DNA from: an uncultured Desulfospira sp.
GTDB taxonomy: Bacteria; Desulfobacterota; Desulfobacteria; Desulfobacterales; Desulfobacteraceae
Assembly (NCBI GenBank): GCA_963663165.1
Contig: OY760175.1
Location: 4,096,001-4,160,000, forward strand
Length of the DNA: 64,000 nucleotides
Direction of reading: 5' to 3'
Positions 58,526 to 64,000 of the stretch are shown here, in pieces (the first letter of the stretch is position 1; each line of letters opens with the position of its first letter). The notes beneath the pieces are model-generated. The model had not been told where the DNA came from and did no database searches. It saw only the letters and a list, made by a program, of their open reading frames with translations. The position numbers and the translations under genes were made by a program.

Positions 58526-59674
58526 GTGGATTTTGACCTAACCAAAGAGCAGGAAATGATTCGTAAGGAAGTCAGGAAGTTTGCCCAAAAGGAGATTGCT
58601 CCCATCGCGGCAGAGCTTGACGAAAAAGAAGAATTTTCCGTGGAACTGACCAAGAAAATGGGCGAAATCGGCCTTTTCGGCATGTTTGTCTCAGACAAAT
58701 ACGAGGGCCAGGCAATGGACTATACGTCCTATATCATTGCCGTGGAGGAAATTGCCCGCATTGACGGATCCCAGGCAGCCACCGTTGCGGCGGGAAACTC
58801 CCTGGGGATCGGTCCGCTGTATTATTTTGGTACAGAAGAACAGAAACAAAAGTACCTGCCCAAACTTTGCGCCGGCGAAGGGTTGTGGGGATTCGGCCTG
58901 ACCGAGCCCACAGCCGGTTCCGATGCCGGCGGTTCCAAAACCACGGCCGTGCTGGACGGGAACGAATGGGTGATTAACGGGTCCAAGATTTTTATCACCA
59001 ATGCGGCCTGTGAAATGACCATGGGGGTTACGGTTCAGTGCGTTACCGGCACCCGGGACAACGGCAAGCCCGAGTATACCTGCATTATTGTTGAACCCGG
59101 CACTCCGGGATTCAAGGCGGTTCCCATGCACAAAAAAATGATGTGGCGGGCCTCCAACACCGCAGAGCTCTACTTTGACAATGTCCGGGTTCCCAAGGAA
59201 AACATGCTGGGCAAAAAAGGGGACGGATTTCATCAGATGCTGGCCACCTTGGACGGGGGACGACTTTCCATCGGCGCCATGGGGCTTGGCGGAGCCCAGG
59301 GGGCCTACGACATCGCCTTAAAATATGCCAAGGAAAGACATCAGTTCAACCAGCCCATATCCAAGTTTCAAGCCATTGCCTTTAAGTTAGCCGATTGCGC
59401 CATGGAAATTGAATGTGCCCGGAACCTGCTTTACAAGGCCTGCTGGCTGAGAACCAACAAGCGGCCTTTCCAGAAAGAAGCGGCCATGGGCAAGCTGTAC
59501 TGCTCCGAACTTATGGGCCGGGTCGCCAACCACGCGGTTCAGATTCACGGCGGGTACGGACTCATGAAAGAGTATGCGGCAGAACGGTTCTACCGGGATC
59601 AGAAACTGCTGGATATCGGGGAAGGCACCTCAGAGGTCCAGAGACTGGTCATTTCAAGATACATTGGATGCTAA
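58526..59674 (+). CDS. Acyl-CoA dehydrogenase (probably branched-chain/isovaleryl-CoA)
   Basis: FGLTEPTAGSD, NGSKIFITN, QIHGGYG, IGEGTSEVQ; GTG start with RBS AGGAGG. Confidence 0.92.
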   Translation: MDFDLTKEQEMIRKEVRKFAQKEIAPIAAELDEKEEFSVELTKKMGEIGLFGMFVSDKYEGQAMDYTSYIIAVEEIARIDGSQAATVAAGNSLGIGPLYYFGTEEQKQKYLPKLCAGEGLWGFGLTEPTAGSDAGGSKTTAVLDGNEWVINGSKIFITNAACEMTMGVTVQCVTGTRDNGKPEYTCIIVEPGTPGFKAVPMHKKMMWRASNTAELYFDNVRVPKENMLGKKGDGFHQMLATLDGGRLSIGAMGLGGAQGAYDIALKYAKERHQFNQPISKFQAIAFKLADCAMEIECARNLLYKACWLRTNKRPFQKEAAMGKLYCSELMGRVANHAVQIHGGYGLMKEYAAERFYRDQKLLDIGEGTSEVQRLVISRYIGC

Positions 59675-59690
59675 CGGGAGAGCGTAAACC

Positions 59691-60476
59691 ATGAGTACCG
59701 AAGATCTGCTGTTAAAGGATGAACAAAACCAGGCCCTGATCCTGACCCTGAACCGGCCAACGGTCATGAACTGCCTTAACTTTGACCTGCTTTACGCCAT
59801 CCGGGACGAAATTGACGCCATCCAGTACCGTTCGGATATCCGTTGCGTCATCCTTACCGGGGCCGGGGAAAAGGCATTTTGTGCGGGGGCGGACTTAAAG
59901 GAAAGGGCCGGGCTTACGCCCAATGAGGTTAAAAAATTTATCCTGACTATCCGGAACCTTTTAACCTCTATTCAGAACCTGCCCATGCCGGTAATCTCAG
60001 CCGTTAACGGGATTGCGCTGGGGGGCGGCACTGAAGTGGCCCTGGCCTCTGACATCCGAATCGCCTCGGAAAATGCCACCATGGGGCTGACCGAAACAAG
60101 ACTGGCCATTATCCCGGGCGGGGGCGGCACCCAGCGGCTTCCCCGTGTGGTGGGCGTGGCCAAGGCCAAGGAACTGATCTTTACCGGCAGACGGGTGGGG
60201 GCGGCAGAGGCCTTAGACATCGGCTTGGTCAATCAGGTGGCATCTTCAGAAGGGCTCATGGATGCCTGCCTGGACATGGCCGCCATGATCGCCGAAACCG
60301 GTCCCATTGCCGTTGAAATGGCCAAATACGCCATTGACCGGGGAGTTGAAACCGATCTGGCCACCGGCCTTGCCATTGAATCCAATGCCTACCGGGTAAC
60401 CATCCCCACCGAGGACAGAACCGAGGGGCTGACCGCGTTCAGGGAAAAAAGAAAGCCCGTATACAAGGGGAGATAA
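59691..60476 (+). CDS. Enoyl-CoA hydratase (methylglutaconyl-CoA hydratase-like)
   Basis: AFCAGADLKER, ALGGGTE, ETRLAIIPGGGGTQRL. Confidence 0.92.
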   Translation: MSTEDLLLKDEQNQALILTLNRPTVMNCLNFDLLYAIRDEIDAIQYRSDIRCVILTGAGEKAFCAGADLKERAGLTPNEVKKFILTIRNLLTSIQNLPMPVISAVNGIALGGGTEVALASDIRIASENATMGLTETRLAIIPGGGGTQRLPRVVGVAKAKELIFTGRRVGAAEALDIGLVNQVASSEGLMDACLDMAAMIAETGPIAVEMAKYAIDRGVETDLATGLAIESNAYRVTIPTEDRTEGLTAFREKRKPVYKGR

Positions 60477-60484
60477 ATGTGAAC

Positions 60485-62074
60485 ATGAGTGAAAACAGCT
60501 TATTCTGGACAAAAGAAGAGATCGGCCTGGAGGAGCGGCGGAACCAGGCCGTCTGGCCGGGTGGGGAAAAGGCGGTGGAACGGCTGGCCCAAAAAGGGAA
60601 AAAACCGGCCAGGGAACTGATTTCCCTGCTCGTTGATCCGGGCACCCCGTTTTATGAACTGTCCATGCTCGCCGGATTCGGTGTGGGATATCCCGGGGTG
60701 GAGGATGTGCCCTGTGCCGGGATCGTTACCGGCATCGGCAAGGTTCACGGCAATTGGACCATGATCATGGCCAATGACAGCCGGGTCAAGGCCGGAACCT
60801 ATTTCCCCATTACCCTGAAAAAGCACATGAGGGCCCAGGCCATCGCAGAAAAATGCGGCCTGAACTGCATTTATATAGCCGATTCCGGGGGGGCCTTTCT
60901 GCCCATGCAGGCCGAGGTGTTTCCGGATGACCAGCATTTCGGGTCTATCTTTTACAATATGGCCAGAATGTCGGCCATGGGCCTTCGCCAGGTGACCTTA
61001 AGCACCGGGGGAAACACGGCCGGCGGGGCATATATCGTGTTCATGGCCTGTGAGTCCATCATGATTGACCGGCAGTCTTTTTCCTTTTTAGGGGGACCGC
61101 CCCTGGTAAGGATGGCCACCGGCGAACAGATCAGCACCGAGGACTTGGGCGGTGCAAGGGTCCACACCCAGATTTCCGGCGGTGCCGACCACATGTGCCC
61201 GGACCAGACCACGGCCATTGCCAAGGTCCGGGAGCTGTTGTCCTTGACCGCGCCCCAGTCTGTCCACCTTCACCGGTACCCTCAAGAAGAGTCCAAGACC
61301 GGGCTGGATACCCTTTACGATATCCTGCCGCCGTCTCCCCATCAGGGAATCAATGCCCATGAAGTGCTCAAGGCCATTGCTGACGGGTCTGAATTTATCG
61401 AGGTCAAAAAGGATTTTGCACCGGGACGGGGCACCAATATCCTGACCGGGAAAATCCGGATCAAGGGATATCCGGTGGGGATCATCTGCTCCAACAACGC
61501 CGGCATCATCTTCCATGAAGCCGCCAGAAAAGTGACGGAATGGGTGGTCCGCTGTTCCTATGAAAAAATTCCCATCCTGTTTATTCAAAGTTCCCCGGGT
61601 TACATGGTGGGATCAGAGTCTGAACATGCCGGCATTGGAAAATACGGGGCCGATATGGTCCGGGCGGTCTCCTGTGCCCAGGTTCCCCGGATTCAGCTGG
61701 TGATCGGTCCGGACAACGGGGCCGCCAACTACGGCATGTGCGGCAGGGCTTACCGGCCCCACTTTCTGTTTTCCACCATGCGGTCCAGAACCAGCGTCAT
61801 GAGCGGGAAAAGCGCCGGCGGTGTACTGCTCTCCATTGAACAGGCCAAGAAAAAAGCCAAGGGCGAACAGATGAGCGTCGAAGAAATGGATGCTTTCAGG
61901 GAAAAGATGATCGCCAAGTATGACGGTGAGGCCCATCCCTTCTTCTGTGCGTCCCGGCTGCTCAATGACCGGGTATTGAAATTTTCAGAAATCAGGGACT
62001 GGCTTGCCATGGCCGTGGAGGTCAGCATGCTCAAGCCCGTGGAAGAGCCCCAGTTTGGTAACTTCAGATTTTAA
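60485..62074 (+). CDS. Acyl-CoA carboxylase/decarboxylase carboxyltransferase subunit (MccB/LiuB-like)
   Basis: NDSRVKAGT, DSGGAFLP.Q, TAGGAY, GAANYGMCGR. Confidence 0.88.
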   Translation: MSENSLFWTKEEIGLEERRNQAVWPGGEKAVERLAQKGKKPARELISLLVDPGTPFYELSMLAGFGVGYPGVEDVPCAGIVTGIGKVHGNWTMIMANDSRVKAGTYFPITLKKHMRAQAIAEKCGLNCIYIADSGGAFLPMQAEVFPDDQHFGSIFYNMARMSAMGLRQVTLSTGGNTAGGAYIVFMACESIMIDRQSFSFLGGPPLVRMATGEQISTEDLGGARVHTQISGGADHMCPDQTTAIAKVRELLSLTAPQSVHLHRYPQEESKTGLDTLYDILPPSPHQGINAHEVLKAIADGSEFIEVKKDFAPGRGTNILTGKIRIKGYPVGIICSNNAGIIFHEAARKVTEWVVRCSYEKIPILFIQSSPGYMVGSESEHAGIGKYGADMVRAVSCAQVPRIQLVIGPDNGAANYGMCGRAYRPHFLFSTMRSRTSVMSGKSAGGVLLSIEQAKKKAKGEQMSVEEMDAFREKMIAKYDGEAHPFFCASRLLNDRVLKFSEIRDWLAMAVEVSMLKPVEEPQFGNFRF

Positions 62075-62190
62075 GTAGAGGTGTTTAGGTAGATAGACTG
62101 AAGGCTGAAGGGTTATAAGGATAAAGCTTATTTTAGCCCAAACCCCTTCAGCCGAAAGACCTTCAGCCTAAACCCCTTCAGTCTAAACAG
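62075..62190. repeat. AGACTGAAGGCTGAAGG / CCTTCAG(C/T)C repeat hairpin spacer
   Basis: Two CTGAAGG units followed by three CCTTCAG units; GTTTAG/CTAAAC closing; the same family occurs at 15385-15433. Confidence 0.75.
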
Positions 62191-62210
62191 CTATTTTAAG
62201 GAGACATTGA

Positions 62211-63335
62211 ATGACCGAGTATGATTATTGGAAAATTTTTCCCAGAATGCCGAAAAAAGTGACGATTGGAGACATCACCATCAGAGACGGTTTCCAGCAC
62301 CTGGAAAAGTTTATTTCCACTCAGGCCAAAATCACCTATCTTGAAGAGCTGATCTTTGCCGGCTGCCGAAATATTGAGGTGACCAATCTGGGCAATCCCC
62401 GGAACATGCCCCAGTTCTCCGATGCAGAAGAACTGCTGGCCCATTTACGGTCGGATAATTTTGTATCCAGGGCTGCCAAAAAGGGCATAGACATGAAAGA
62501 CGTGGTCTTAACGGCCATCACCATCCGGGAGCCTTCCGTGGACCGGGCCATTAGGCTAAAGGAACGGGGCGTGGGCCCGGACCGGGTTCTCATGATGGTT
62601 TCCACAGAGGAACAGCACCATTTTGCCAACTCCGGCACTACCCTGCCCAACTACTGGGCCGAGGCTGAGCGGTGCATTAAAAAATGCACGGATGCGGGCA
62701 TTAAAATGTGCGGCACCGTATCCACCATCTGGGGCAGCCCCATTGGCGGCGCCACCGACCTTAAGGATGCGGTTGAATTCACCAAATACTGGCTGTCCAT
62801 CGGGGCGTCGGACATTGAGCATGCCGACCATGACGGGTCTGCATCCGCGGCCCAGGTATACCGGTACTTTTCCATGATTCTGGACGAGATTCCGGATACC
62901 AGCCTTCACATTGCCCACTTTCATGAAACCAAACGGGTGGCCTCCGCATCGGTACTGGCCGCACTCCAGGCCGGGATCTGCCACTTTGAAGCCACCCTGG
63001 GCGGCCTGGGCGGGCAGCCGGCCAATTTTATTGATGACCGGCCCATCAAGGGCACCGGGGACTACTACTATGACGATGAACGTTACGTGGGCCTGGTTTG
63101 CCTGGAAGACACCCTTGTACAAATTGATGAAATGGGTATAGAACATGGATACGATGTCGACCGGATCCTCTGGATAGGCAAGCAATTGGAAAAAACCGTG
63201 GGCGCCCGCCTGAGAAGTGAAGCCGTGATTAACGGCAGAACCCTTAAGGAAGGGCATATGGAATATGCCAGGCCCGGGCTTGCCAAGCTCAAGGAAAAGC
63301 TTGGAGAAGAACCAAACCAGAGTTTTCCCAAATAA
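62211..63335 (+). CDS. HMG-CoA lyase-like (DRE-TIM metallolyase) protein
   Basis: DITIRDGFQ, AHFHET, TLGGLGG; operon context. Confidence 0.8.
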   Translation: MTEYDYWKIFPRMPKKVTIGDITIRDGFQHLEKFISTQAKITYLEELIFAGCRNIEVTNLGNPRNMPQFSDAEELLAHLRSDNFVSRAAKKGIDMKDVVLTAITIREPSVDRAIRLKERGVGPDRVLMMVSTEEQHHFANSGTTLPNYWAEAERCIKKCTDAGIKMCGTVSTIWGSPIGGATDLKDAVEFTKYWLSIGASDIEHADHDGSASAAQVYRYFSMILDEIPDTSLHIAHFHETKRVASASVLAALQAGICHFEATLGGLGGQPANFIDDRPIKGTGDYYYDDERYVGLVCLEDTLVQIDEMGIEHGYDVDRILWIGKQLEKTVGARLRSEAVINGRTLKEGHMEYARPGLAKLKEKLGEEPNQSFPK

Positions 63336-63411
63336 CTGCCAGCCCCGGTAAGGCAGAAATCGGGCCGGCCTGTTCTCTTTAATCCTGGGCCGGCCCACGA
63401 CAAATATTGAA

Positions 63412-63467
63412 AGCTAACAGCCAACACCTAATGGCTAACGGCTAACAGCTAATAGCTAACAGCCAAA
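63412..63467 (+). repeat. Eight tandem (A/G)GCTAA(C/T) heptamers; also at 28721-28748 and 38439-38473
   Basis: AGCTAAC AGCCAAC ACCTAAT GGCTAAC GGCTAAC AGCTAAT AGCTAAC AGCCAAA. Confidence 0.85.
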
Positions 63468-63479
63468 TAAGGAGATACC

Positions 63480-64000
63480 ATGGAAAAAGAGGAAAAAATC
63501 CCCCATATCAATGTGGATTATTTTGAAGATCTTACCGGAGATATCCAGAAAGGGGAAGCCGGCCCGGTGGAGGAAGTCGGGACCCGGATCAAACTGCTCA
63601 GAGAAGAGAGGGGGTTTACCCTGGAAGATCTTTCCGATTTAACCGGATTTGAGGTGTCCCAGCTTGAGGCCATCGAAAACGGGGACCTCAAGCCCCAGCT
63701 CGGAACGGTGATGAAATTGTCCAAGGCCCTGGATCTGGCCGTGGGCCGGCTGGTGTCGGGCATGGGAACCAAGCTTTATGCCATTACCCGGAAAAACGAA
63801 CGAAAGCCCATTGCCAGGTCCGCCTCCAAGACCAGCAAGAAAAACGTATATTCTTACATGAGCCTGGCCCCGGAAGTCCAGGGCCGGAACATGGAAGCCC
63901 TGATTGTTCAACTGGAAAAAAGCGAAGAACAGGAGATTTCCGTTCACAATGGCGAAGAATTTGTTTTTGTCCTGGACGGCACAGTGAGCCTGACCATTGC
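63480..64000 (+). CDS. XRE-family HTH + cupin regulator (3' truncated; absent from the ORF track)
   Basis: RBS AAGGAG; reads MEKEEKIPH...VGTRIKLLREERGFTLEDLSDLTG...IENG...P.LGT...HNGEEFVFVLDG. Confidence 0.88.
   Translation, partial: MEKEEKIPHINVDYFEDLTGDIQKGEAGPVEEVGTRIKLLREERGFTLEDLSDLTGFEVSQLEAIENGDLKPQLGTVMKLSKALDLAVGRLVSGMGTKLYAITRKNERKPIARSASKTSKKNVYSYMSLAPEVQGRNMEALIVQLEKSEEQEISVHNGEEFVFVLDGTVSLTI

Noticed and set aside
1..64000. CRISPR arrays, tRNA or rRNA genes
   Set aside because: No regularly spaced 25-40 bp repeats with unique spacers, no cas genes, and no tRNA or rRNA signatures were recognised by eye.

Overview
A 64 kb stretch of bacterial chromosome. Gene content and composition suggest a sulfate-reducing Desulfobacteraceae-like deltaproteobacterium; this is an inference, as no rRNA or tRNA is present. 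The core genes are an orphan 795-aa flagellin, an anti-sigma/periplasmic sensor/ECF sigma operon, a sigma-54 activator, three ASKHA (RACo/DUF4445) corrinoid activators, a lactate module (GlcD-like oxidase, FeS-MvhD fusion, larA), hypCFDE, a TRAP transporter, rlmN, a hybrid kinase and a leucine/isovalerate-type acyl-CoA operon. An AT-rich island (~30.2-37.9 kb) carries a PEP-CTERM-type protein, a complete 2.78 kb IS with a DUF4338/DruA-like passenger gene, an FG-GAP gene split by an IS110 element, and an attC-like remnant at its edge. The best leads are: (1) an intact but apparently catalytically dead IS481-derived protein directly upstream of the flagellin, with palindromic operators in its promoter region; (2) a ~320-aa hexapeptide solenoid inserted in that flagellin; (3) a four-helix-bundle (IVP/Avd-like) gene enclosed by complementary 9-mer repeats, plus many empty 7/8-mer repeat spacers; (4) a bridge-RNA-like two-loop region in the IS110 whose guide-like segments fit the junctions only when read antisense to the recombinase; (5) an ISAs1-type MITE family with 10-bp target duplications; (6) a MerR plus stand-alone effector domain cassette between 71-bp direct repeats. 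Family assignments come from motifs recognised by eye, with no database searches.
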